Source of the DNA: SAR116 cluster bacterium AG-337-N21
GTDB lineage: Bacteria > Pseudomonadota > Alphaproteobacteria > Puniceispirillales > Marisalimonadaceae
NCBI GenBank assembly: GCA_003282145.1
Contig: QBZZ01000003.1
Span: 23,995 to 87,994, forward strand
Reading direction: 5' to 3'
DNA: 64,000 nucleotides
The notes beneath the pieces were generated by a model that was not told the origin of the DNA, made no database searches, and saw only the letters and a list, made by a program, of their open reading frames with translations. The position numbers were made by a program, and so were the translations under genes. Every line of letters starts with the position of its first letter. Positions within the stretch are counted from its first letter, which is position 1. Of the stretch, positions 12,788-22,329 are shown one piece after another.

Positions 12788-14200
12788 ATGTCTGAAGAAA
12801 AATATGATCTTGTTGTTATAGGTTCTGGTCCAGGAGGTTATGTTGCGTCAATAGTGGCGGCACAAAAGGGTATGAAAGTTGCCAGTATCGAAAAAAGAAC
12901 AACCTTAGGTGGGACTTGTTTAAATGTTGGTTGTATTCCATCTAAAGCAATGCTTCATGCATCTGAGCAATATGAAAATGCAGTTAAATTAAATGGTAAC
13001 AAAGAATGGGGTATAACTTGTAAAGATGTTAAATTAGATTTAACAAAATTATTGAAAAAAAAATCTGGTATAGTTGACGAACTTACTAAAGGTATTGATT
13101 TTCTATATAAAAAAAATAAAGTAACAAAGTATATTGGAACAGCAAAGTTCATTACAGCAAACTCGATTGAAATTACTGGTGATAATACTAGAAATCTCAT
13201 ACATGCTGAAAACATAATAATTGCAACAGGATCAGAAGCAACTCATCTTCCAAACATCAATATTGATGAAAAGAAAATAGTCACCTCGACGGGTGCATTA
13301 GAATTAAAAGAAGTCCCCAAAAAAATGATAGTTATTGGAGCTGGTATTATAGGCCTTGAAATGGGAACTGTATGGAGAAGACTTGGTTCTGATGTTGAGG
13401 TCATAGAGTATTTACCAAGAATTTTACCTGGAATGGATAATGAAGTTGCTGATAAATTCATGAAAATTCTTGAGAAACAGGGCTTAAATTTCAAGTTAGG
13501 TCAAGCAGTAGAATCATCAAAAATCGTTGAGAATAAGGTTATTTTATCAATAAGGAATGTCACTAAAGAAAATACATATGAAATAGATGCAGATGTTGTT
13601 TTAGTAGCAGTTGGTAGAAAGCCTAACACTCATGGATTAGGTCTTAGAGATTTGAACATTGATATTGATAAACAAGGCTTTATAAAGACAAATAATTGCT
13701 TTCAAACTTCTATTAATAATATTTATGCAATTGGAGACGTCATAAAAGGTCCAATGTTGGCTCATAAAGCTGAAGAAGACGGAGTAGCAGCAGTTGAGAT
13801 AATAAATGGAGAAGCTGGTCATGTGGATTATAATCTTGTTCCAGGTATAATTTATACTGCACCAGAAGTTGCCGTTATTGGTAAAACTGAAGAGGAGCTA
13901 GAAGAAGAAGGAATTGAATTTAATAAAGGTGTTTTCCCACTTTCAGCAAATAGTAGAGCCAAAGCTATAAGTCATACTGATGGAATGGTAAAAATCCTTT
14001 CTGACAAATCTACTGATAAAATATTAGGTGCTCATATCATAGGTCATGAGGCGGGTACCGTAATACATGAGTTATCAATTGCGATGGGTTTTGGGGCATC
14101 ATCCGAAGATGTGGCAAGAATTTGTCATGGTCATCCTACCGTAAATGAGGCTGTTAAAGAAGCTGCTTTGGCAACATACTCTAAAGCCATACATTTTTAA
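12788..14200 (+). CDS. lpdA: Dihydrolipoamide dehydrogenase E3
   Basis: GSGPGG, GGTCLNVGCIPSK, GAGIIGLE, HPTVNE. Confidence 0.98.
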   Translation: MSEEKYDLVVIGSGPGGYVASIVAAQKGMKVASIEKRTTLGGTCLNVGCIPSKAMLHASEQYENAVKLNGNKEWGITCKDVKLDLTKLLKKKSGIVDELTKGIDFLYKKNKVTKYIGTAKFITANSIEITGDNTRNLIHAENIIIATGSEATHLPNINIDEKKIVTSTGALELKEVPKKMIVIGAGIIGLEMGTVWRRLGSDVEVIEYLPRILPGMDNEVADKFMKILEKQGLNFKLGQAVESSKIVENKVILSIRNVTKENTYEIDADVVLVAVGRKPNTHGLGLRDLNIDIDKQGFIKTNNCFQTSINNIYAIGDVIKGPMLAHKAEEDGVAAVEIINGEAGHVDYNLVPGIIYTAPEVAVIGKTEEELEEEGIEFNKGVFPLSANSRAKAISHTDGMVKILSDKSTDKILGAHIIGHEAGTVIHELSIAMGFGASSEDVARICHGHPTVNEAVKEAALATYSKAIHF

Positions 14201-14526
14201 TTCACACTCATTTTACTATAAAAAACTAAAATTATTACGCCAACTATAATCAAACCCAACCCTAAAAGTGCCATCAGATCTGGAATTTCTTTATATTTTA
14301 ATGCTCCTAAAATTGTAATAGCTGAAATTCCCACAGCAGCCCATATTGAGTATGTTATGGCTATAGGTATTGTTTTCATTGCCAGCATCATAAAGTAAAA
14401 AGCTGTTGCATAGCCAACGACTACATAGGTGCTAGGTATTAACTCTGAAAAATTATTAGTACTCTTAAGGTAAGTGGTTCCAACAACCTCTCCAATAATA
14501 GCAATTAAAAGATAAAAATATCCCAT
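14197..14526 (-). CDS. SMR-family small multidrug efflux transporter (EmrE/QacE-like)
   Basis: 109 aa, 4 TM helices, conserved TM1 Glu (IIGEVVGT), IPIAITYSIW. 4-nt TTAA overlap with the lpdA stop. Confidence 0.9.
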   Translation of the reverse strand: MGYFYLLIAIIGEVVGTTYLKSTNNFSELIPSTYVVVGYATAFYFMMLAMKTIPIAITYSIWAAVGISAITILGALKYKEIPDLMALLGLGLIIVGVIILVFYSKMSVN

Positions 14527-14612
14527 GTTAATCCTTAAAAAATATGTTATTTATTATATTATTTGAGTCTACTTAAGGCAATATTAAAGATTATAATTTA
14601 GGACAATATAAA

Positions 14613-15389
14613 ATGAACGAGATCCAATCAGCTTCGACTTATATATCAAAAAACTCATTTCAAGAAGAAAGAAAAGATTTAGCGGCTGCTTTTAGATGGG
14701 CTGAAAGAAGTAATTTACATGAGGCTGTTGCCAATCATTTCAGTTTGGCTGTTAATTCTGAAGGAACAGAATTCTTAATGAATCCTAATATGTGGCATTT
14801 TTCTAGAATCAAAGCTTCTGATTTGTTGTTATTAGATATTAATGACAAAACTGTGCTAACAAAAGATAATCCCCCTGACGCGACAGCTTGGGGGCTACAC
14901 GGAGCTATACATAAGTTGTGTCCTCATGCAAGATGCATAATGCATGTTCACTCTGTGTATGCAACTACTCTGGCTTCTCTCGAAGACTGTGTTTTGCCAC
15001 CAATAAATCAGGTGGCAGCAATGTTTTTTGGGAGACAAGTTATTGATAAAAATTATGGTGGTTTAGCTTTTGAAGATGAAGGTACAAGGTGTGCAAATCT
15101 TTTGTCAAATTCTAAAAAACACACATTTATAATGGGTAACCATGGTGTACTAATTTTTGGTAAAAACGTAGCAGAAACTTTCAATAGATTATATTATTTT
15201 GAAAGAGCGGCTCAAACATATATCAACGCCCTTCAAACTGGAAAAAAAATTAGTATTTTAAATGATATAATAGCAGAAAAAACTGCAGAAGAATTAGACA
15301 ATGAAGAACATCCAAACCCTGCAGGAACAGCTTTCTTGAGAGAAATAAAGTTAATATTAGATCAAGAAAGTTCTGATTATGCAGATTAG
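14613..15389 (+). CDS. Class II aldolase/adducin-family protein
   Basis: DLAAAFR, NHFS, LHGAIH, metal ligands MHVHS and GNHG. Confidence 0.88.
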   Translation: MNEIQSASTYISKNSFQEERKDLAAAFRWAERSNLHEAVANHFSLAVNSEGTEFLMNPNMWHFSRIKASDLLLLDINDKTVLTKDNPPDATAWGLHGAIHKLCPHARCIMHVHSVYATTLASLEDCVLPPINQVAAMFFGRQVIDKNYGGLAFEDEGTRCANLLSNSKKHTFIMGNHGVLIFGKNVAETFNRLYYFERAAQTYINALQTGKKISILNDIIAEKTAEELDNEEHPNPAGTAFLREIKLILDQESSDYAD

Positions 15390-15392
15390 AAG

Positions 15393-16283
15393 TTAATTAT
15401 TTAATTTTTTATTAATATAAAGACTTAATAATGAAGCGTCATGGTCTGACCAACCCTCATTCATGGCCCCTTGAATATAAGATTTAGTACTTTTGATAAC
15501 ATGTAATTCATGATTAAAATTTGCCCCTTCTTCAATCATTAAATTAATATCTTTTAAAGCTGATGAAACGTTAAATGTTGAACTCAAGTTAGTCTCATTG
15601 TTTTTTGCTTGTAACATAGTATTAGACTTTAGGTGAGCTACTTTAGCTGCTCCAGAGCTATCAAACATTATGTCCAAAGCTTTATCAAATTTAATTCCTG
15701 AGTTTGTCGCTAAAGACATCGCTTCACCTAAAGCGTGCCAATAAACCATCAATGGTAGATTAATAGCTAACTTCATGGCACTTCCCTTACCAACTTCACC
15801 AAGGTATTCATATCTTCTACAAATAAGCTTTAATATATGCTCAACCTTTTCAAAAGTTTCCTTGTTTCCCCCCACTAACCCTAATAAATTTCCATCTCTT
15901 GCCGGCTTTGTTGACCCTCCTACTGGGCATTCTATAAATTCTCCATTTAACGAATATATTATCCTTTCTAAAGATTGCATTTTCTTAATGCTAGTCGTAC
16001 TTAGTTCAATTATAATTTTGTTAGTCAAATCTTGATTTTTAATACCCTGAGAACTTGTATACACATAATCGAGTGCTACATCATTTCCCATAATAATTAA
16101 AATTATGTCGTTATTTTCAAACAATTCTTTTACACTATTAGCTCTTATTGCACCTAATTCAACTAGAGGTGTTACTTTATTTTGCGTTCTGTTCCATGCT
16201 GTTACAGTCTGATCACAATCCAAAAGCCTTTTACCAATTTCCTTACCCATTTTACCTGTACCGCAAATACCTATTTTATTCAT
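15393..16283 (-). CDS. NAD(P)-dependent beta-hydroxyacid dehydrogenase (3-hydroxyisobutyrate dehydrogenase family)
   Basis: GICGTGKMG, ELSTT, ECPVGGS, catalytic Lys in MKLAIN. ATG at 16283 follows AAGGAG. Confidence 0.88.
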   Translation of the reverse strand: MNKIGICGTGKMGKEIGKRLLDCDQTVTAWNRTQNKVTPLVELGAIRANSVKELFENNDIILIIMGNDVALDYVYTSSQGIKNQDLTNKIIIELSTTSIKKMQSLERIIYSLNGEFIECPVGGSTKPARDGNLLGLVGGNKETFEKVEHILKLICRRYEYLGEVGKGSAMKLAINLPLMVYWHALGEAMSLATNSGIKFDKALDIMFDSSGAAKVAHLKSNTMLQAKNNETNLSSTFNVSSALKDINLMIEEGANFNHELHVIKSTKSYIQGAMNEGWSDHDASLLSLYINKKLNN

Positions 16284-16322
16284 AAACACACTCCTTTTAA
16301 ATTTACAAAAGTAATATTATAT

Positions 16323-16351
16323 CTTGAAAATACAAATTTAAGTAACCAATT
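16323..16351 (+). promoter_or_regulatory. Putative RpoH (sigma32) heat-shock promoter for htpG
   Basis: CTTGAA-N17-CCAATT just upstream of htpG, resembling the alphaproteobacterial RpoH consensus. The -10 match is imperfect. Confidence 0.4.
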
Positions 16352-16386
16352 AACTTATCATAGTAATTAATTAATGGGGATTGTCG

Positions 16387-18285
16387 ATGACCAACATGAA
16401 CAATAAATTTGAAGCTGATACCGGTAAAATTTTAGATATAGTGATTAATTCTCTTTATTCGGAAAGAGAAATTTTTTTGCGTGAGTTGGTGTCAAATGCT
16501 TCAGATGCTCTTGATAAAAGAAAATATCTTGGCTTAACAGATAAAAAAATTGCTATCTCCTCAGAAGCTTCTGAAATAAAAATTGAGGTTAATAATAAAG
16601 ACAAAACTTTATCAGTTCTAGATAATGGTATTGGAATGAATGAAGAAGACCTTAAATCTTCATTGGGTACTATTGCGAGGTCAGGAACAAAAGCATTCTT
16701 AGAACAAATTGCAACAAACGCTAAAGATAAAAAACCAGATATGTCCATGATTGGACAATTTGGTGTAGGTTTTTATGCTTCTTTTATGGTAGCCGATAGT
16801 GTTGAAGTATTATCTAAAAAAGCAGGAGAAAACCAAGCATGGAAATGGTCTTCAGATGGAAAGTCAGGTTTTAATTTAGAAAAAGCAGATAAAGAAGATG
16901 TTGGGACATCTATTACACTTAAACTAAAAAAAGATGCAAAAGAGTTTTTAGAAGAAACTAGACTTCAATTTATTGTCAGAAAATATTCAGATCATATTTC
17001 CTATCCGGTTAAATTACACGAAATCGATAAAAAAGATGCAGAAATAAAAACTTTAAATGAAGCTTCAGCTTTATGGACCAGACCAGCAAAAGATATTAAA
17101 GAAGAGCAATACCAAGAATTTTTCTCACATATTGGCGCAGGTTTTGGAAAACCACTTTTAACCATGCATAACAATACAGAAGGGACTATTAGTTATACTA
17201 ATCTTATATGTATTCCGTCTACAAGACCGTTTGACTTATTCAATCCAGATAGAAAATCATCATTAAAATTATACATAAACAGAGTATTTATTACAGACAA
17301 GTGCGATGCATTAATTCCTAGTTATTTAAGGTTCATAAAGGGTCTAGTTGACACTCAAGATATAGATCTGAATGTCAGTAGAGAAATGTTACAAAACAAC
17401 CCTGCTGTAGCAAAGATAAGTAAATCATTAGTTGGAAAAATCTTAAGAGAACTTAAGAAAGTGAGTGAAAAGAATGCAGATGGTTATAAAAGTTTTTGGA
17501 AGGAGTATGGTGCTGTTTTGAAAGAAGGCTTGTATGAAGATGCAGAAAGAAAGGAAGCATTATTAGATTTATGTAGGTTTTCAACTAATGAAAATGATGA
17601 GCCAATATCTTTATCTGGATATGTAGAAAAAATGCCTGAAAAACAAAAGGACATCTACTATATTTCAGCTGAAACAAAAGACCAAGCTTTAGCAAGTCCT
17701 CACTTAGAAGGTTTTAAATCCAAAAAAATACCTGTTTTAATTATGACAGACGCAATTGATCAGTTTTGGTTACCTATGGTTGGATCTTTTAAGGAAAAGA
17801 AGTTTACTTCAATTACACAAGGACAGATTAATTTAGATGATCTTGATGAAAAAAATAAAGACAAGAAAAAAGACGATAAGAATGAAAAAGAAAAAAAAGA
17901 TAAAGAATATGTTGATTTAGTTGCCCAATTAAAAGTTGTATTAGGAGATCAAGTTAAAGATATTAGATTATCCTCTAAACTGACTGACAGTCCAGTCTGC
18001 CTAGTCGCTGACGAAGGCGATATGGATATTGCTATGGAGCAATTGATGGCACAGAGAGATACAAACTACAAGGGGGCTCCAAGAATATTAGAAATTAATG
18101 GAGACCATTCTCTTATTAAAAACATGAAGTCATTATTAAGTAAAAAAGAAAACAATGATTTAGTTAGTGACGCTGGAACTCTTTTATTTGAACAAGCTAG
18201 ATTAATGGAAGGTAAAATGCCGGCTGATCCCGCTCAGTTTAGTAAAATAATGAACCAGTTTTTATTAAAAGCAATTCCTAACTAA
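16387..18285 (+). CDS. htpG: Molecular chaperone HtpG (Hsp90)
   Basis: SLYSEREIFLRELVSNASDA, DNGIGM, LGTIARSGT, IGQFGVGFY, LNVSREMLQ. Confidence 0.98.
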   Translation: MTNMNNKFEADTGKILDIVINSLYSEREIFLRELVSNASDALDKRKYLGLTDKKIAISSEASEIKIEVNNKDKTLSVLDNGIGMNEEDLKSSLGTIARSGTKAFLEQIATNAKDKKPDMSMIGQFGVGFYASFMVADSVEVLSKKAGENQAWKWSSDGKSGFNLEKADKEDVGTSITLKLKKDAKEFLEETRLQFIVRKYSDHISYPVKLHEIDKKDAEIKTLNEASALWTRPAKDIKEEQYQEFFSHIGAGFGKPLLTMHNNTEGTISYTNLICIPSTRPFDLFNPDRKSSLKLYINRVFITDKCDALIPSYLRFIKGLVDTQDIDLNVSREMLQNNPAVAKISKSLVGKILRELKKVSEKNADGYKSFWKEYGAVLKEGLYEDAERKEALLDLCRFSTNENDEPISLSGYVEKMPEKQKDIYYISAETKDQALASPHLEGFKSKKIPVLIMTDAIDQFWLPMVGSFKEKKFTSITQGQINLDDLDEKNKDKKKDDKNEKEKKDKEYVDLVAQLKVVLGDQVKDIRLSSKLTDSPVCLVADEGDMDIAMEQLMAQRDTNYKGAPRILEINGDHSLIKNMKSLLSKKENNDLVSDAGTLLFEQARLMEGKMPADPAQFSKIMNQFLLKAIPN

Positions 18286-18288
18286 CCA

Positions 18289-19524
18289 TTAATCGGATCT
18301 TTTAAAGAAAAAATAAAAAAAAGTCATCAGCAGACAGAGCAATCCTAAAAACACATTTATTTGGATTGTTCTGTCTACTGAAATTAGTGTCATAATCCAA
18401 GATAAATTCATTAGACCAATTGGTGCTGTTCCGATACATGTCACTAATATACCAAAATTATTTCCTTTAGATTTAGTAGATGCTTGATAAACAAGTGCAC
18501 CTTGCATTGTACTAAAACCTGATAAAAAAATGCCGCCAAATGTTAAACTTATAAAAGCCAATATCAGACTAGATGAGTAAGAAAATAAAAACATACCTAA
18601 AAAAAATCCACTTACACCTGCAATAAAGATAATTGACAGATATTTTTGAGGAGAAAGATTACCAATAATTAAAGCCCCTATAAGAGCTCCTAAACCTTCA
18701 GAGGAAGCTAAGATTCCAATATTAAATTCAGATAATAATAATTTTTCTCTACCTAATACAGGGATTAATGATACTAATGGAAAACCAAAAATATTAAAGA
18801 TTAGGGTTGTTATCAATACCATTCTTAAACTAACAAGACTGTATACACTTTTACCTGTTTTTAATATTTCATTTAAAAGACCATGTGCCCAATGCTCTTT
18901 TATTGCTAATGGATTTTTTTGAGCGAAATTTAGAGCAGTATCCTTATTAGAATTTTTTTTAAATACAATGATTAATCCTAAAGCTAACAGATACATTATA
19001 AATTGAAGACTAAAAATTCCAGTAAGACCAACTAAAGTATAGAGTGTTCCAGCAAATATTGGTCCTATCAGTCTTGTTGCATTGTTGGATAATGTTTCCA
19101 TAGCAAGTGAGGAACTCAAAAGTTTCTTTTTAATATTATCCGCTAACACTCTACGCCTTACTGCAAGGTCAACCACCCATGTAATTCCATTTACAAAGGC
19201 AAGAATAAGTGCAAAAAGCATATTAAAATTATCTGTGAAAACTAAAATAACAGCCATACCAGTGAAAATATTTGAAAGTACGTAAATGTTTTTAATAACT
19301 AAAATTGGAGACACCCTCTCTGAAATTGTACCTATAACTATTCCCAAAAGACTCATTGGTAACATTCTTGCTGCGAATATTACTGTAACTAAATATGGAA
19401 TTCCTAGTTCTTGGAGGGCATACAGACTCAAAGCTAAAAACTCCATAGCACGTGCAATCCCAGTCATACAACCTGCACCCCAGAGTATTCTAAAGTCTTT
19501 ATTTTTAAAACATTCCTTAATCAT
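18289..19524 (-). CDS. MFS transporter
   Basis: About 12 hydrophobic segments; KDFRILW N-terminus, GTISERV, TRLIGPIFAG. Confidence 0.85.
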   Translation of the reverse strand: MIKECFKNKDFRILWGAGCMTGIARAMEFLALSLYALQELGIPYLVTVIFAARMLPMSLLGIVIGTISERVSPILVIKNIYVLSNIFTGMAVILVFTDNFNMLFALILAFVNGITWVVDLAVRRRVLADNIKKKLLSSSLAMETLSNNATRLIGPIFAGTLYTLVGLTGIFSLQFIMYLLALGLIIVFKKNSNKDTALNFAQKNPLAIKEHWAHGLLNEILKTGKSVYSLVSLRMVLITTLIFNIFGFPLVSLIPVLGREKLLLSEFNIGILASSEGLGALIGALIIGNLSPQKYLSIIFIAGVSGFFLGMFLFSYSSSLILAFISLTFGGIFLSGFSTMQGALVYQASTKSKGNNFGILVTCIGTAPIGLMNLSWIMTLISVDRTIQINVFLGLLCLLMTFFYFFFKRSD

Positions 19525-19530
19525 TATATG

Positions 19531-19947
19531 TTAGGAAATTTTTTGATGTACTTCGACTACATTGCCTTCTGGATCTTGAAAGAAAATTTGGTGCCATTCT
19601 TTAGCGAAAGTGGTTCCATAATCCGAAAATGGTATTTTTTCTTTCTTAAGCCTTTTAATGAATGCGTTAATATCATCAGTCCTAAAAGCTATATGCCCTT
19701 TGTCAACAGGATTGATTGCCTGATTATTTTTAAAAGCTACATTTAAATCTCGTTCTGCAAGATGCATTTCTATTTTACCTTCTGTTACGAAATTAATTTT
19801 ACCACTATACCCTCTATTAGATGTCTCTTCTGTTCGTGGAAAATTTTCTATTGGAATACTATTCATACTAAGGATATTTTTATAAAAATTATTCATATTA
19901 TCTATATTTTTTGATACAAAATTTATATGGTGAAACTCTAATTTCAT
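19531..19947 (-). CDS. VOC/glyoxalase-family protein
   Basis: FHHINF, GHIAFRTDDI, QIFFQDPEGNVVEVHQ. Confidence 0.9.
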   Translation of the reverse strand: MKLEFHHINFVSKNIDNMNNFYKNILSMNSIPIENFPRTEETSNRGYSGKINFVTEGKIEMHLAERDLNVAFKNNQAINPVDKGHIAFRTDDINAFIKRLKKEKIPFSDYGTTFAKEWHQIFFQDPEGNVVEVHQKIS

Positions 19948-20088
19948 TTATAATCTCCAAATTATTTAATAATCATTAAATTTATGCTATATAAAATAAT
20001 TAATACTAAATAAGATAAATAAGCTAGTATTATAAAATTGAACTATTATATCTAATCATACACACGCAAAATATTTATGAGGATCAAA

Positions 20089-21279
20089 ATGCCTGATAGC
20101 ACCATTCAATTAGAAAATTCTGAAACCCAAGACAGCATAATTAGTGAAGTAAGAGAGTCTGTCGCTAAACTTTGTGGTGATTTTCAAGGTGAATATTGGA
20201 GAAAACTTGACAGAGAGCAAGGTTACCCTACAGAATTTGTTAAAGCTTTGACTGATGCGGGTTTTTTGGGAGCCCTTATACCGGAAGAATATGGTGGTGT
20301 TGGTTTAGGAATGGTTGCAGCATCTGTCATTTTAGAAGAAATACATCATCAAGGTTGTAATGCCGCAGCATGTCACGCACAAATGTATACAATGGGAACT
20401 GTTCTAAGACATGGATCTGATGAACAAAAAAAGGAATTATTACCTAAGATTGCTGACGGAACTTTAAGGTTACAAGCATTCGGCGTAACTGAACCAACTA
20501 GTGGTACAGACACTACAAGTTTGAGAACTGTAGCTGTGCGTGATGGAGATGATTACATAATTAATGGACAAAAAATTTGGACCAGTAGGGCTGAGCATTC
20601 AGATTTAATGCTGTTGTTAGCTAGAACAACACCTTTAAATCAAGTTAATAAAAAGACTGAAGGTCTCTCTGTTTTTCTTTTAGATATGAGAAAGGCAAAA
20701 GGAAACGGTCTTACTATCAGGCCTATAAGAACAATGATGAACCACTCAACGACTGAAGTTTTTTTCGATAACCTTAGAATTCCTGCTTCTAATCTTATAG
20801 GTGAGGTAGATAAGGGTTTTAGATACATTTTGTCAGGTATGAATGCAGAAAGAATTTTAATTGCTGCAGAGTGTATCGGTGATGCAAAGTGGTTTACTAA
20901 AAAATCAACTGATTATGCTAATGATAGAAATATTTTTGGAAGAGCAATTGGTAAAAACCAAGGTATTCAGTTCCCAATTGCCAAGGCTTATGCTCAAATG
21001 AGGGCTGCAGAGCTTATGGTTTATCATGCAGCTAGACTATATGAAGCTGGTAAGCCGATTGGTGAAGAAGCAAATACTGCAAAATTGCTAGCAGCAGATG
21101 CCTCATGGGCGGCTGCTGAAGCTTGTGTGCAGACCCATGGTGGGTTTGGCTTTGCAGAGGAATATGATGTTGAAAGAAAGTTTAGGGAAGCTAGATTGTA
21201 TCAAGTAGCCCCAATTTCTACTAATTTAATATTATCTTACTTAGCTGAACATGTTTTAGGAATGCCTAGATCATATTAA
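20089..21279 (+). CDS. Acyl-CoA dehydrogenase family protein
   Basis: IPEEYGG, FGVTEPTSGTD, NGQKIWTS, GMNAERI, QTHGGFGF. ATG at 20089 follows GAGGA; alternative start at 20077. Confidence 0.93.
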   Translation: MPDSTIQLENSETQDSIISEVRESVAKLCGDFQGEYWRKLDREQGYPTEFVKALTDAGFLGALIPEEYGGVGLGMVAASVILEEIHHQGCNAAACHAQMYTMGTVLRHGSDEQKKELLPKIADGTLRLQAFGVTEPTSGTDTTSLRTVAVRDGDDYIINGQKIWTSRAEHSDLMLLLARTTPLNQVNKKTEGLSVFLLDMRKAKGNGLTIRPIRTMMNHSTTEVFFDNLRIPASNLIGEVDKGFRYILSGMNAERILIAAECIGDAKWFTKKSTDYANDRNIFGRAIGKNQGIQFPIAKAYAQMRAAELMVYHAARLYEAGKPIGEEANTAKLLAADASWAAAEACVQTHGGFGFAEEYDVERKFREARLYQVAPISTNLILSYLAEHVLGMPRSY

Positions 21280-21282
21280 AGA

Positions 21283-22308
21283 TCATTTATCTTTAACTGC
21301 AAGGTCTTCAGGCTTCAATCTTAGAATGTCGCTTGTAATAATATTTGCTAAGAACTCGAAACCTTCAGTTTTGTTCCTTATGTCTTGGGCTAGTTTTTCT
21401 GATTTTTTGTCTGTAGATTTAACTTTAATAGTTACCCAACTTTCACCATCTTTATCTGGTTCAACAGAGGTTATTGATATAACTAAACCATCTTTAATTT
21501 CATAAGTTATTGTTGGAAGATTGTCAGAATATTTTTTCAATGATTTTTTTATATCATAAAAATAAAAACTACTAATAACATCTCTAATATCACTCAACTG
21601 AGTTTCGTCAATTTTAAAATTTAAAGATTTAGGAACTATTAAACTTAACTTATTATCTTTATTCTCAACTTCAAAAGTTCCATTTTTGTTGTTTAAAGTG
21701 GCTCTCATGAATTGATCGTTTTTTATTGTAAAAATTAAACTCTCAAACCAATCAGATTTAGTTGTAGGCATTCTTATAGCACCTTTTAGAAGATAGCTTT
21801 GATTTTCATCTGGGAATCTTGCAAATTGGCCCCCACTTAATCCTCCAACAGTCCTATCCACTTTACCAAATAAAATAGATGTATAAATTGTTCCGTCTTG
21901 TTTTTTCAAAGTAATCTTTGTTCCATAACCTTCATCCTCCTCCTTGCTTTCATTTCTTTCTGGAAGAAGTAAATTTAAATCAGCATGTCTCAGTGAATTT
22001 TTTGTTTTTAATTCCTCAATTCTTAACAATGACAGACTTGTAATTAAGTTTTCCCACATACCCTTCTTAAGTGGATAACCAGATTCTGAAATATAAATAT
22101 TATCTTTTTTCACCAAATTAATGTTATTTTCAAAGGAGTTTATGTAAATATTATCAATTTTATTAATATTTTTGGTGAAATCTTTTAGAAATAAACTTCC
22201 TCTATCTTCAAAAACGTGATTATTTGAATTTAAATTTATAGATATGATTGCTAAAATAACAAAAGTTAAAGTAACTATCGAAATATTCACAAATTTTATT
22301 TTTGTCAT
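21283..22308 (-). CDS. DUF4340-like membrane-anchored periplasmic protein
   Basis: N-terminal TM helix, SGYP motif, ...GK...GGQFAR...SYL...DWF pattern; last gene of the Gld-like ABC operon. Confidence 0.7.
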   Translation of the reverse strand: MTKIKFVNISIVTLTFVILAIISINLNSNNHVFEDRGSLFLKDFTKNINKIDNIYINSFENNINLVKKDNIYISESGYPLKKGMWENLITSLSLLRIEELKTKNSLRHADLNLLLPERNESKEEDEGYGTKITLKKQDGTIYTSILFGKVDRTVGGLSGGQFARFPDENQSYLLKGAIRMPTTKSDWFESLIFTIKNDQFMRATLNNKNGTFEVENKDNKLSLIVPKSLNFKIDETQLSDIRDVISSFYFYDIKKSLKKYSDNLPTITYEIKDGLVISITSVEPDKDGESWVTIKVKSTDKKSEKLAQDIRNKTEGFEFLANIITSDILRLKPEDLAVKDK

Positions 22309-22329
22309 ATTATAATCCAATATTTATAT

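Noticed and set aside
17838-17910. Lys/Asp/Glu low-complexity repeat-like stretch in htpG
   Set aside because: Ordinary charged linker of HtpG, not a DNA repeat element.
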